Positions 8,586 through 18,447 of a DNA stretch of 64,000 bases are shown piece by piece. The stretch lies in the NCBI GenBank assembly GCA_024276465.1, contig JAJRXD010000054.1:2931-66930 (forward strand), written 5' to 3'. Position numbers and translations under genes: made by a program. Origin of the DNA: Deltaproteobacteria bacterium (GTDB lineage Bacteria; Desulfobacterota; WTBG01; CAIYCZ01; CAIRTM01). The notes below the pieces were generated by a model, which was not told the origin of the DNA, did no database searches, and saw nothing but the letters and a program-made list of their open reading frames with translations. How positions within the stretch are numbered: the stretch's first letter is position 1; every line of letters starts with the position of its first letter.

Positions 8586-9572
8586 ATGTCATCCAGCCTT
8601 CTTGAGATCGAAGATCTGAGAACCTATCTATTTTTGACAGAAGGAACTGCAAGAGTTGTTGACGGGGTCAGTCTTGGAATCAGGAAAGGGGAAACCCTTG
8701 CACTTGTTGGCGAGTCAGGTTGTGGTAAAACCATGACTGCTTACTCTGTATTGCGCCTCATTCCAGAACCTCCCGGAAAAATCGTTGGTGGCAGGATTGT
8801 TTTTGACGGTGAAGATATTCTTTCCATTCCTGACAAACAGATGCGAAAGATCAGGGGCGATCAGATTGCAATGGTTTTTCAGGAGCCCCTTACTTCTCTG
8901 AATCCTGTTTTCAGAATCGGATCACAGATTGCTGAAGTTCTGCAGGTTCATAGAAAAATGAGAAAAAGGGATGCAATGGATCAGGCTGTAAAGCTTCTGC
9001 AGGATGTTGGAATTCCTTCACCTGAAAAAAGGATCATGGATTATCCACACCAGATGAGCGGGGGCATGCGCCAGAGGGTTATGATCGCCATTGCCATTGC
9101 ATGTGAACCGAAACTTATAATTGCCGATGAACCCACGACTGCACTTGATGTGACGGTGCAGGCACAGATAATGGAGCTTCTCAAACAGCTCAATGAAAAG
9201 AAGGAGATGTCACTGCTTCTTATTACCCATGACCTGGGAGTTGTTGCCGAAGCAGCGGAAAATGTGGCTGTAATGTATGCCGGCAGAATTATGGAGCATA
9301 CTGATGTTGCTACAATTTTCAGTAACCCCCTTAATCCCTATACAACAGGGCTTCTGGGATCAGTTCCCCGAGCTGGTTCTGAGCGTCTTAAACCGATAAA
9401 AGGAATTGTCCCGCCAGCTCTCAGTTTGCCGGCTGGGTGTAAATTTTCCACACGCTGTGAGCAGGTGTTTGACAGGTGTTTAACAGAAGAACCGGATCTT
9501 GTTGATGTTGACAATAGCAATGACGGCAGGAAACACCTTGTAAGGTGCTGGCTTCATAAAGCGCAGAAATGA
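8586..9572 (+). CDS. Oligopeptide/dipeptide-type ABC transporter ATP-binding protein (OppD/DppD-like)
   Basis: 328 aa. Walker A 'GESGCGKT', signature 'MSGGMRQR', Walker B '[12 protein letters not shown]'. Cys-rich C-terminal oligo_HPY-type tail. Confidence 0.9.
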   Translation: MSSSLLEIEDLRTYLFLTEGTARVVDGVSLGIRKGETLALVGESGCGKTMTAYSVLRLIPEPPGKIVGGRIVFDGEDILSIPDKQMRKIRGDQIAMVFQEPLTSLNPVFRIGSQIAEVLQVHRKMRKRDAMDQAVKLLQDVGIPSPEKRIMDYPHQMSGGMRQRVMIAIAIACEPKLIIADEPTTALDVTVQAQIMELLKQLNEKKEMSLLLITHDLGVVAEAAENVAVMYAGRIMEHTDVATIFSNPLNPYTTGLLGSVPRAGSERLKPIKGIVPPALSLPAGCKFSTRCEQVFDRCLTEEPDLVDVDNSNDGRKHLVRCWLHKAQK

Positions 9573-9609
9573 ACATGGCTGCTTTGTAAACTCTTAGTTT
9601 TGTAACAGG

Positions 9610-10584
9610 ATGAATAACAGCCCATTATTAAAAGTTGTTAATCTGAAAAAAAGTTTTCATGTTTCCTCAGGCATGTTTTCAGGAAGCTCACTTCAGTTAA
9701 AGGCAGTTAACAACGTGAGCTTTTCCGTAGAGGAGGGAGAGACCTACGGCCTTGTAGGTGAAAGCGGCTGCGGCAAGTCAACAATTGCGCGCCTGATCCT
9801 TTGCCTTGACAATCCGGACCAGGGTGAAATTTATTTCAGAGGCACTAATATATTCACACTTCAGGGAGTTGAAAAAAAGAAATTCAGGAGGAAGGTTCAG
9901 ATAATTTTCCAGGATCCTTATTCATCCCTGAATCCGAGAAAGAAGGTTGGAAGCATAATAGGCGAGCCATTGCTTATTCATAAAATTGTCCCAAAAAACA
10001 AGATTCGTGACAAAGTTTTTGAGCTTATGAATATGGTTGGTCTGCAGGAAGACCATTATGGCAGGTATCCGCATGAATTCAGCAGCGGCCAGCGGCAGCG
10101 GATAGGAATAGCCAGGGCATTGAGCCTCAGCCCGGAGCTGATTGTTGCTGACGAACCTGTTTCTGCCCTTGATGTTTCCATTCAGGCTCAAACAATAAAT
10201 CTGTTAATGGATCTTCAGAAACAGATGAAATTAACATATCTTTTTATTTCCCACGACCTTAGTGTAGTGAAATATGTCAGCACGAAAGTTGCTGTAATGT
10301 ATCTTGGAAAAATTGTTGAAACTGCTTCAAATGATGAGCTTTACAGCAGTCCGCTGCATCCGTATACTGTAGCGCTTTTCTCAGCAGTTCCTGTCCCTGA
10401 TCCATCCGTGCGCAAAGAAAGAATCACCTTAAAAGGAGAGATTCCCAGCCCCATCAACCCGCCTGTGGGATGCGTGTTTTCCAGCAGATGTCCTGTAGCT
10501 GACAGTAATATCTGTTTTAAAAAACAGCCTCCCCTGGAAGAGAAACGTGATGGCCATATGGTGGCATGCTGGCTGAAGAACTGA
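9610..10584 (+). CDS. Oligopeptide/dipeptide-type ABC transporter ATP-binding protein (OppF/DppF-like)
   Basis: 324 aa. 'GESGCGKST', 'FSSGQRQR', 'LIVADEPVSALD'. C-terminal Cys cluster. Confidence 0.9.
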   Translation: MNNSPLLKVVNLKKSFHVSSGMFSGSSLQLKAVNNVSFSVEEGETYGLVGESGCGKSTIARLILCLDNPDQGEIYFRGTNIFTLQGVEKKKFRRKVQIIFQDPYSSLNPRKKVGSIIGEPLLIHKIVPKNKIRDKVFELMNMVGLQEDHYGRYPHEFSSGQRQRIGIARALSLSPELIVADEPVSALDVSIQAQTINLLMDLQKQMKLTYLFISHDLSVVKYVSTKVAVMYLGKIVETASNDELYSSPLHPYTVALFSAVPVPDPSVRKERITLKGEIPSPINPPVGCVFSSRCPVADSNICFKKQPPLEEKRDGHMVACWLKN

Positions 10585-10628
10585 CAGAAGACTTTTTATT
10601 GTGTAATTTGACCTGGAGGTAACAAGAG

Positions 10629-12344
10629 ATGACAAAAAATCTTATTATAAAAGCAGAGGTTCTGATTGTTATACTTTTTTCCTGTGTAAATGTTTTTTTT
10701 TCACCCCTGATCTCCTCGGGCATTGAGACTTCTGATCCGCATCTTGTCTTTAAAAAATCTGTTGTTGTAAAAAAATACAAGGACGGTCAAGCATTTACTG
10801 AGCCCCACACTGTAAAAAAAGGGGAATACATCTGGAAAATTCTCCGGGAACACTATAAACTGTCCAATTCCAGAATTGTCTTCTACTGTAAGATAGCAAA
10901 AGCTGTTAATCCGGACATAAAGGATATTGACAGAATCAGTCCGAACCAGAAAATACTTGTTCCCTTTCAATATACAAAAGGTGTGAAGAATGATTTTGTT
11001 TCTGATAATGACACAGTGTCAGGCGTTGAGTACGTTGTCCGACATGGTGATCATTTTGCGAAAATACTGAGAGACATTTACAACCTGCCTGAACGTATTA
11101 TATTCAGCAATTCTACCCGCAGGCTTTTCAAAGAAGCAAATCCTGCAATTTCGAACTTGAACAGGCTGGAAAAAGGCCAGAAAATTATAATTCCGGCTGA
11201 AATTTATTCAATTAAAAAACATGTTCAGGAAGGTTCTTCAATTAGAGACAGGGCTGCAAAAGCACTTGAAAAAAGGACGGGAATTTCTGCTGATCCAGGG
11301 TCTGAGGAGGAAACAAGGATTAACGACATGATTTCGACATTTATCCACTCTTTTAATGGTAGTGACAATCGGACCGGGGAGGATGTTATAAGACTTGAGG
11401 GAAGCAGCTCTATCAAGATTGACTATAGCAGGTTTCCTCTTTATGAACTGCCCTGGGGCAGAAAGATACTTCTTGATTATGGCAACAGGATGCCCCGGGG
11501 GATTAAGCAGGTTATTACTTCAGAATGGGAGGACGCTGAAGTTGTTGCGGTTCGTAAAAAGGATGATTTGGAGCTGATATTAGGTAAGGTTCTTGATGTA
11601 TGCGGATTTTATAATATAGAGAAGGGGGGGGAATATATAGTTAATCGTGACAGTATCCAGGTCAGGGTAAGTTCTGACTGGATAGTCTTTAAGGACAACA
11701 CGTTGAAGAATGTTTTTGCAATTAACCTGATTGATGAAGATGAAGCAATTGATTCTGCATTAAGCACGTATTTATCAGGAATGGGCCTGCAGGTTGTGGA
11801 TATTAAGTACGCTTCTGCAGATACGGAAAAAAAGACGGATCATGGCAGTAAAGCCGGGTGGCGGAAGGTTCAGGCGGACCCCATGGTTTTGACGGATTTA
11901 ATATTAGATATTCTTGGACGAAAGTATTATAAAAATCATAAAACAAATATTTATCAGAACATGTACAGAGGGTTTTCTCTGGAAGTGGTAGCAGACCGTA
12001 TGTTTGAAAGAGATGGTTCGACATTCCTGATTGATTTTCGCGACCTGCCCGGAAAGATATGTGAGATCATAACAGAACAGGGAATCCATCTGCTCAAAAT
12101 TAATCTTCAGGAGGATGAAATTTCAGAAACCGTTAAGCAGCTCCTTGAGTTTTGCGGTGCAACCTATAAGGATTCACCTGCTGAATTTAAATACAGGAGG
12201 GGTAAGAAATCCATTATTCAGATAACAATTCCGGGTTTTTTAATTGAAGGATTATCAGGAGAAGTGCTGCTGACACAGGCTGGTTTACAGGCACCGGTTA
12301 AGCAGTTTTTGTTAGATAAGGAAGTTGAAATTGTACAATATTAA
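10629..12344 (+). CDS. Membrane-anchored protein with two LysM-like repeats and a roughly 350-aa C-terminal region of unknown function
   Basis: 571 aa. N-terminal TM 'VLIVILFSCVNVFF'. 'HTVKKGEYIWKIL...NQKILVP' and 'YVVRHGDHFAKIL...GQKIIIP'. Confidence 0.7.
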   Translation: MTKNLIIKAEVLIVILFSCVNVFFSPLISSGIETSDPHLVFKKSVVVKKYKDGQAFTEPHTVKKGEYIWKILREHYKLSNSRIVFYCKIAKAVNPDIKDIDRISPNQKILVPFQYTKGVKNDFVSDNDTVSGVEYVVRHGDHFAKILRDIYNLPERIIFSNSTRRLFKEANPAISNLNRLEKGQKIIIPAEIYSIKKHVQEGSSIRDRAAKALEKRTGISADPGSEEETRINDMISTFIHSFNGSDNRTGEDVIRLEGSSSIKIDYSRFPLYELPWGRKILLDYGNRMPRGIKQVITSEWEDAEVVAVRKKDDLELILGKVLDVCGFYNIEKGGEYIVNRDSIQVRVSSDWIVFKDNTLKNVFAINLIDEDEAIDSALSTYLSGMGLQVVDIKYASADTEKKTDHGSKAGWRKVQADPMVLTDLILDILGRKYYKNHKTNIYQNMYRGFSLEVVADRMFERDGSTFLIDFRDLPGKICEIITEQGIHLLKINLQEDEISETVKQLLEFCGATYKDSPAEFKYRRGKKSIIQITIPGFLIEGLSGEVLLTQAGLQAPVKQFLLDKEVEIVQY

Positions 12345-12557
12345 GCTGTTTAACTAAAACAAAGCACTAATCAGGTAAAATACAATTGCTGATAACTTTG
12401 CAATAAAAGAAGATGTTTATCAAAGTTTGGCAATGATTTTGTAAAAAAGTTACAAGAAAATTCAAAATATTGCAAAAAAGATGTAAAGTTCTTTTTCTCC
12501 CATCCGATACTATTTTCCGTCTGAAGCATTTGCAGAGACAATGAAGGAGAAAAAGAT

Positions 12558-12755
12558 ATGCAAGACGAAATCATGGACATCAGAAGCGCGGCCAAGTACC
12601 TGCAGATAAAAGAAAGAACGCTCTACAGGCTGGTGGGGGATGGTGAAATTCCTGGTATTAAGGTTGGGGGTCAGTGGCGTTTCAGCAAAAAATGTCTGTC
12701 AGAGATGTTTTTAGCTGGTGCCAGGGAAAATGAAAAGGAAAGACAGGTAAATTAG
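12558..12755 (+). CDS. Excisionase/MerR-type helix-turn-helix DNA-binding protein
   Basis: 65 aa. 'AAKYLQIKERTLYRLVGDGEIPGIKVGGQWRF'. AAGGAGA Shine-Dalgarno sequence 7 nt upstream. Confidence 0.75.
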   Translation: MQDEIMDIRSAAKYLQIKERTLYRLVGDGEIPGIKVGGQWRFSKKCLSEMFLAGARENEKERQVN

Positions 12756-12807
12756 AAATGTCATATCTTTTGTTAACAAAATTAAAAAACTGATTTTTCT
12801 AATTAAT

Positions 12808-14250
12808 CTAATGACAAACTTCCACACTGCAGCTACCTGAGTATGGTTTTATACCTTCAGTCTTAACTTCTGAAATATAACCCAATGCCCTCAGCTGTTT
12901 TTCCGTATTTTCATCAAAATGAACAATTTTCTGTATCGGTGAAACTTCAAGGGATCTTGACACCCAGGTTAACAATTGATTCTTCAGTTTTTTTGCATTC
13001 GCAGTTTCCAGATTAACAATATTATTTAATTCTCCAGGGTCATTAAGAATATCAAAAAGTTGTTCTTTTTGAGTACAGTAATGATATATATACTTCCGGT
13101 TTTGATGAATAACAGCCTTTGACACTACACGCTCTGAAAAAATATAATCCCCTTTTTCTCCCCTGGTTTCCCCCTTTTTTTCGAACAGATTTTTTCCTTC
13201 TATCACATCAGGGGGTTTAATATCCAGCATTCCGAGTATGGTAGGCATGATATCAATGATACTTGAGGGTTCAGCAGTTGTTTTTTCATGTAATTCTGAA
13301 AAAGCAGCGGGCAGCTTAATAATTAATGGCACATGCAGCAACTCATTATAAAGTGTCTGCTCATGGCCCAGTGAACCATGTTCAAAAAATTCTTCCCCAT
13401 GATCGGAAGTGATTATGATTAGTGAATTATTGTCCAGATCAAGGGAGTCAATGAGCTTTCCAATGTAATAATCAGTATAGCTGATTTCACTGTCATAAAG
13501 TGCCAGAAGATATTCATAAATATCCTTTTCCTCACGAAAACCAGGAATGTTTTTTCTCAGTTCAGTCATCATCATTTTGGATAAACCTGTAACTCCAGGC
13601 TCTAACCCCTCAGCATAATCATTAATCCATGGTATTCTTGCAGAATATGGGTCATGCGGGTCAAAATAGTGTGCCCAGAGAAAATATTTGCCGGATTCCC
13701 TGATTTTGTCATTCCAGGAAAACAGCACATCATTTATATTAGAGGCATTATTAAAACCTTCACAGTAATAATGGTCAAAACCCTGACCAAAGCCAAGCTC
13801 CTTTCGCATGTGAACATTGGCCACAGCTGCAAATGTTGTATAGCCATTTTTTTTTAAAATATCTGCAATGGTGATAAGCTTATCATTCAGAACATCCTGT
13901 CTGTAACCTTTGTCGGATTTGACAACCTTATTGCAGACACCATGGCTGATGGGATAAAGCGAAGTCATGATCGAGGCCATGGATGGGGATGTCCAGGGTG
14001 CTGTAGCCAGGGTATGAGTAAAAAGGATTCCTGATTTTGCAATTTTGTCGATGTTTGGCGAGGTTTTTCTCTGGTAACCGTAACAGGAAAGATGATCTGC
14101 TCTAAGTGTATCAACAGTGATTAATACAATATTAAAATTGTCCGTAAGAAGCTCATTTTTTGTATTGCAGAAGGAAAAGAAACAAACACAGACAACAGTA
14201 AAAGTGAGAAATATTCCAACAACAGCAGGATGTTTTTTTACAAGGCTCAT
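12808..14250 (-). CDS. Sulfatase-like (alkaline-phosphatase superfamily) hydrolase/transferase, membrane-anchored, Thr at the nucleophile position
   Basis: 480 aa. 'VLITVDTLRADHLSCYGY', 'SDHGE'. 'WTSPSMAS' sits where true sulfatases have C/S-x-P-x-R. Confidence 0.85.
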   Translation of the reverse strand: MSLVKKHPAVVGIFLTFTVVCVCFFSFCNTKNELLTDNFNIVLITVDTLRADHLSCYGYQRKTSPNIDKIAKSGILFTHTLATAPWTSPSMASIMTSLYPISHGVCNKVVKSDKGYRQDVLNDKLITIADILKKNGYTTFAAVANVHMRKELGFGQGFDHYYCEGFNNASNINDVLFSWNDKIRESGKYFLWAHYFDPHDPYSARIPWINDYAEGLEPGVTGLSKMMMTELRKNIPGFREEKDIYEYLLALYDSEISYTDYYIGKLIDSLDLDNNSLIIITSDHGEEFFEHGSLGHEQTLYNELLHVPLIIKLPAAFSELHEKTTAEPSSIIDIMPTILGMLDIKPPDVIEGKNLFEKKGETRGEKGDYIFSERVVSKAVIHQNRKYIYHYCTQKEQLFDILNDPGELNNIVNLETANAKKLKNQLLTWVSRSLEVSPIQKIVHFDENTEKQLRALGYISEVKTEGIKPYSGSCSVEVCH

Positions 14251-15578
14251 GATCTGTTTTCAAACCTTGTGTGATCAATTGGTGTTTCATTAAGAAAAAA
14301 GGCTGCAACTGCAGCAAAGAGAGCAGATGCTGACCAGAAAAGAAAAACATTGCCGAAATCATATGAGCTGTCCGGCAGAGTTTTAACAAGATATCCGGCA
14401 ATCAGCGGAGATAAAAACGAGCCGAATTGTCCAATGCCGTTGGTAATGCCCATCGCGCGTCCTACCACTTCCTTTGGATATCGCATGGAGGGAAATGCCT
14501 GCATTACACCCCATGGAAAATTAACAAAAAATCCGCCAAGCCCCAGACACAGAAGCAATAAACCTGTCTCACCCCTGGGAATGCGCCCGATAAAGTACAG
14601 CGCAGGAATACATCCCAGAAATCCTGTTATGGTTACAACCTTCATCCTTCCGTGAAATACCTTGTCAGCCATCAGCCCCCCCATCCACATGGCAAAACCT
14701 GCAACTATATATGGAATAGCAGCAAAGAACCCCATTGTTTTTATGTCCATACCGTGCTGTTTTACCAGGAATGTACTGATCCATGTTGTCATACCCCAAT
14801 AAATCATAAGCAGAATAAAAAAAGTAATAGTGAAAAGATAATATTGTATATCCGAGGTGAAAATTTTAGTGCTGTATGTTTTGCCGTGCAGATCAGATTC
14901 TTCTCCAACTGAAGAAGTGATCAAATCATACTCTTCCTGTGTCATTTTTCCGTTTTGGCGTGTAAGCCTGGGAGAATCAGCCATAAATTTGTTAAGGAAA
15001 AAAATTCCGACAATTCCAGGGATTGCCAGCACGAAAAACACAGGTCTCCATGAGCCCCCGAAAACTTCTGCTGAGAGCCATGTAACCAGGATAGGTATAA
15101 TAGCAGGGCCTATCGCCCATGTAGTAGTAAAGTATGCGTTTGCACGCCCCTTCTCGTGCTTTGGGAACCAGTTGGCTATTGTCCGGACAGCAGGCACATA
15201 ATGGTGTCCCTCGCCAAGTGCAAGGCCCATACGAAGTATAATAAACTGCCAGAAATTTCTTACAAAGCCAGTAAGAAAAGTTACTACTGTAAAAACCCAT
15301 ATGGCAATACTCATGGTTTTTTTCGGTCCGATTTTATCGGAAAGAAAGCCTGAGGACAGCTGTGCAACAGCATAGCCAAAAAAGAAGATAGAGCCTAACC
15401 ACCCAACTTCAACAGGAGTAAGGTTGAGATCATTCTGGATGTACGGCAGAAAAACCAGAACGCTGATTCGGTCGAAATAATTGATGAGATACAACAGCCA
15501 AATAACAAACAGGATTGTCCAGCGGTATCCCCAGATCATTCCTGATTTGTCGGGAGTTCCATTTATGATTTTATTCAT
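14247..15578 (-). CDS. MFS transporter (anion:cation symporter-like)
   Basis: 443 aa, 12 predicted TM segments, 'FLSDKIGPKK' loop. 4-nt overlap with the sulfatase-like gene. Confidence 0.85.
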   Translation of the reverse strand: MNKIINGTPDKSGMIWGYRWTILFVIWLLYLINYFDRISVLVFLPYIQNDLNLTPVEVGWLGSIFFFGYAVAQLSSGFLSDKIGPKKTMSIAIWVFTVVTFLTGFVRNFWQFIILRMGLALGEGHHYVPAVRTIANWFPKHEKGRANAYFTTTWAIGPAIIPILVTWLSAEVFGGSWRPVFFVLAIPGIVGIFFLNKFMADSPRLTRQNGKMTQEEYDLITSSVGEESDLHGKTYSTKIFTSDIQYYLFTITFFILLMIYWGMTTWISTFLVKQHGMDIKTMGFFAAIPYIVAGFAMWMGGLMADKVFHGRMKVVTITGFLGCIPALYFIGRIPRGETGLLLLCLGLGGFFVNFPWGVMQAFPSMRYPKEVVGRAMGITNGIGQFGSFLSPLIAGYLVKTLPDSSYDFGNVFLFWSASALFAAVAAFFLNETPIDHTRFENRS

Positions 15579-16062
15579 TATATTGCCTCAGCGGGTTAAA
15601 TATTGATTTGCTGTACCCAAGCATTTTTTTATAATGTGTTCCAGGCCAGTAAATTCTCAGGCAGCCTGGACATTGTGAATAAGTGTCAACAGTGTTGAAA
15701 ATGTAGTCCGGTATTTTGCCCTCTGCAAGGTTTCTGTCAATTTTCTGTAAAACAGCATTACATAAAAGGCACAGACTGAAAGGTTTCAGATCATCAGGAG
15801 CTATTTTGAAATGTTTTATTACTTCCTGTATCTGTACGTAGGGATTGTTGCTGTTTATAAAACAGCAGGAGATTGAATCATTGATTTTTAAAAACCCTGT
15901 TTTTCTTGTGAGAATTGTTCTGTTTTGCTTTAAAGCAATTTTTATCAATTGAGGATATGCAATCGACCTGCTGTATGCGGTATCAATGCCAAGTTGTCTT
16001 AAATACTTTGAAAGCTTTCCAAGCATAATATCACAGAAAAATTTTTTATCCATGCTGCTCAA
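15571..16062 (-). CDS. Mut7-C/DUF82 PIN-like RNase domain protein with a C-terminal zinc ribbon
   Basis: 163 aa. 'MLGKLSKYLRQLGIDT', 'CLLCN...CPGC'. Confidence 0.7.
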   Translation of the reverse strand: MSSMDKKFFCDIMLGKLSKYLRQLGIDTAYSRSIAYPQLIKIALKQNRTILTRKTGFLKINDSISCCFINSNNPYVQIQEVIKHFKIAPDDLKPFSLCLLCNAVLQKIDRNLAEGKIPDYIFNTVDTYSQCPGCLRIYWPGTHYKKMLGYSKSIFNPLRQYNE

Positions 16063-16072
16063 AATCTCACCC

Positions 16073-16936
16073 TTAACACTGCTTTAATTTTCTAACAACT
16101 GATGTAAGCTTGTAAAATTCCTCTGCAGACAGTGTTTCAGCCCTTCTTTTCAGATCAATCCCTGACCTGGCTGATTCTTCCCTTAACTGATCAGGATCTA
16201 TTTTTTTTTTTGCAGCAAAATTTTTTAAACAATTGTTTATCATTTTTCTTTTGTTAGAGAATGCGGCCCTGATGACCTGTCTGAACAGGGCCTCATCCTC
16301 ATCTTTCCAGTTTCTGTCGTGAATCGGAACCATGGATATTACAGCTGAATCCACTTTTGGTTTTGGATAAAAGCATTCCGGAGGTATGCTAAAAAGCAGA
16401 GATGTTTTTAAATAAGCAGAACAGTAAACTGAAAGTACTCCGTAATCCCTGCTGCCGGGAGATTCACAGAGTCTTTTGGCAACTTCTTTTTGTACAATAA
16501 AAACAGCGTGTTTTATAAAGTTACAGTCTTTGAAAACATTAAGCAAAATGGGTGTTGTAATAGAATAAGGGATACTTCCGATTAAAACACTTTTTTTCGG
16601 ACATGCGAAATAGTCCTCATAATTTACCTGCAGGATGTCCTGGTTAATGATTGAAACGTGGGAATCGTAAGGCAAAGAATATGTTAGAATTTTGAAAAGC
16701 TGTTTGTCCAGTTCAAAGGAAATGGTGGATGCCTGTTTTTTGGCGAGGAAAAAAGTCAGGGATCCTAACCCTGCGCCTATTTCAATAACAGTGTCTGTGG
16801 GAGAGATGTCAGCACAGTCAACTGTTCTGGAAGCAATATTCATATCAATAAGGAAATTTTGCCCATGTTTTTTGTCAGGCTTTATACCAAGCTGTCTTAT
16901 GCGGTTAACAGTAGGAAAATTCATTACCAGTCTCAC
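16073..16936 (-). CDS. rsmA: 16S rRNA (adenine1518/1519-N6)-dimethyltransferase
   Basis: 287 aa. 'KKHGQNFL', 'VIEIGAGLGSLT', 'IGSIPYSITTPIL'. Confidence 0.93.
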   Translation of the reverse strand: MRLVMNFPTVNRIRQLGIKPDKKHGQNFLIDMNIASRTVDCADISPTDTVIEIGAGLGSLTFFLAKKQASTISFELDKQLFKILTYSLPYDSHVSIINQDILQVNYEDYFACPKKSVLIGSIPYSITTPILLNVFKDCNFIKHAVFIVQKEVAKRLCESPGSRDYGVLSVYCSAYLKTSLLFSIPPECFYPKPKVDSAVISMVPIHDRNWKDEDEALFRQVIRAAFSNKRKMINNCLKNFAAKKKIDPDQLREESARSGIDLKRRAETLSAEEFYKLTSVVRKLKQC

Positions 16937-16948
16937 CAGGGTGTTACA

Positions 16949-17127
16949 GGAGGCTGTCCGAGAATAAGCATCTACTACGATTGACTGCTAATTCCGCAGC
17001 CTGCATTGCAAAGGCAAAAACCTCCTCAACGCAGCAATTGCTATTTCCCCGGGGCTTTTTACCTTTGCGCCTTGACAGCGAAATCTTTGCTCAATCTTGC
17101 CTGCGAAGCTATTCCCGGACAGCCTCC
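16949..17127. repeat. 179-nt intergenic segment bounded by a perfect 12-nt inverted repeat; MITE-like or a long hairpin
   Basis: 'ggaggctgtccg' (16949-16960) and 'cggacagcctcc' (17116-17127). The interior shares 'gctcaatc' and 'cttgc(c)tgcgaagc' with the 58.8 kb intergenic region. Confidence 0.4.
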
Positions 17128-18446
17128 TAATCAGTCAATTTGTTGAAGGCTGTTTTCTGCTCCTTTGCAAAATTACGTATGCCTTTCAGTATCCCGCTGG
17201 CTATTAGTTTCTGATAAGTGCTGCTTTTCAGGCGTTTTGCTTCAGAAGGGTTGCTGATAAATGCAGTCTCAATGAGAACGCACGGCATTTCTGCATCAAT
17301 CAGAACCCGCATGGGAGCATGCTTAACTCCAAGATTTCTCAGAGTTTTATATCTTTTTGTGATATTTTCAATCAAAGCATTGTGGACGTACCCTGCAAGA
17401 ATGCTTGACTTGTTTATTTTATCACTTTGCATCAAGTCAAAGAGTATCAACTCAAGGTCACTGATTTTCGAAGGGGTTGTAAAATTTTCCCGTGCAGCTA
17501 CCCTGCGAGCGGAAGCATCAGAAGAAAAATTAAGGTAATAGGTTTCTATGCCTGTCAAGGTCACGTCATCATGTGAGTTGGCATGAATGGACAGGAAAAA
17601 GTCTGCATTGCTGCTGTTGGCAATAGTTGCCCTTTCTGCAAGGGAAACAAATTTATCAGTGTTCCGGGTAAGAATGGTTTTGCATTTGATTTTCTTTTCA
17701 AGAAGTTTTTTCAATTCAAGTGCAATGTCAAGACAAACATCCTTTTCCAGGATCCCCCTGTAACCTATTGCTCCAGGGTCCTTGCCGCCATGTCCCGGAT
17801 CAATTACTATAATGCAGGTATCAGAAGATTTTTTTAAATTTTGTGAAGCATGTTTTTCTTGCTCTGTTTTTTTTACTGCATGGTCCGCCTCTAACTGTAT
17901 GGCAGCTGCGACAGGGCTGAGGGATGCTGATGGATCCGGCAGTGCTTTCTCAGCATTATTTTTTGCTTTTAAATCCGTTCGTTTTTTTGGAAAAATTTCT
18001 ATAACAATTGCAGGGGGATTGCTTGTCTGGGATATCTCATAATGCTCCCGGTATATTCTGTTTTTAAAATCAAGAACTATTCTCGTGGTTTTTTTGTTCC
18101 TCTGGGCAACCCGTATTTTTATTATATTTGATTTCAGGGGATAGTAGATTTTTTTTATATTTTCCGGCAGGCAGGTGTTGATCATGTCAACAAAAAGCCT
18201 GTACGGGCGGTTTTTTGAGGGGTTTTTGTCAAGAAAAATTGCTTTATAGGATACTTCCCTGTCCAGAAAAATTATAATTTTTTCAAACTTTTCCCCCTGA
18301 CTGTATGAAACTGACCTGATTTTGCTTAATGGACTGTTTCCTGACTTGCACAGGGCAGGAAAACAAACTCCTGCCGACAGCAGAGCTGTTGTGATTATTA
18401 AAACAGCTACAAGATTTTTTTTTGTTTTTATGCTTTGAACATGCAT
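17127..18446 (-). CDS. N-acetylmuramoyl-L-alanine amidase (AmiC-type, N-terminal AMIN-like domain)
   Basis: Signal peptide, 'VIDPGHGGKDPGA', 'FLSIHAN', 'PCVLIETAFISN'. Start moved to the internal ATG (18446) to avoid a 41-nt overlap with the HIT gene. Confidence 0.9.
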   Translation of the reverse strand: MHVQSIKTKKNLVAVLIITTALLSAGVCFPALCKSGNSPLSKIRSVSYSQGEKFEKIIIFLDREVSYKAIFLDKNPSKNRPYRLFVDMINTCLPENIKKIYYPLKSNIIKIRVAQRNKKTTRIVLDFKNRIYREHYEISQTSNPPAIVIEIFPKKRTDLKAKNNAEKALPDPSASLSPVAAAIQLEADHAVKKTEQEKHASQNLKKSSDTCIIVIDPGHGGKDPGAIGYRGILEKDVCLDIALELKKLLEKKIKCKTILTRNTDKFVSLAERATIANSSNADFFLSIHANSHDDVTLTGIETYYLNFSSDASARRVAARENFTTPSKISDLELILFDLMQSDKINKSSILAGYVHNALIENITKRYKTLRNLGVKHAPMRVLIDAEMPCVLIETAFISNPSEAKRLKSSTYQKLIASGILKGIRNFAKEQKTAFNKLTD

Positions 18447-18447
18447 T

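Noticed and set aside
12428-12442. Possible sigma-54 promoter 'TGGCAATGATTTTGT' upstream of the HTH gene
   Set aside because: The -24 GG is present, but the -12 element is TTGT, not TTGC. A single weak match in AT-rich DNA is not enough to call.
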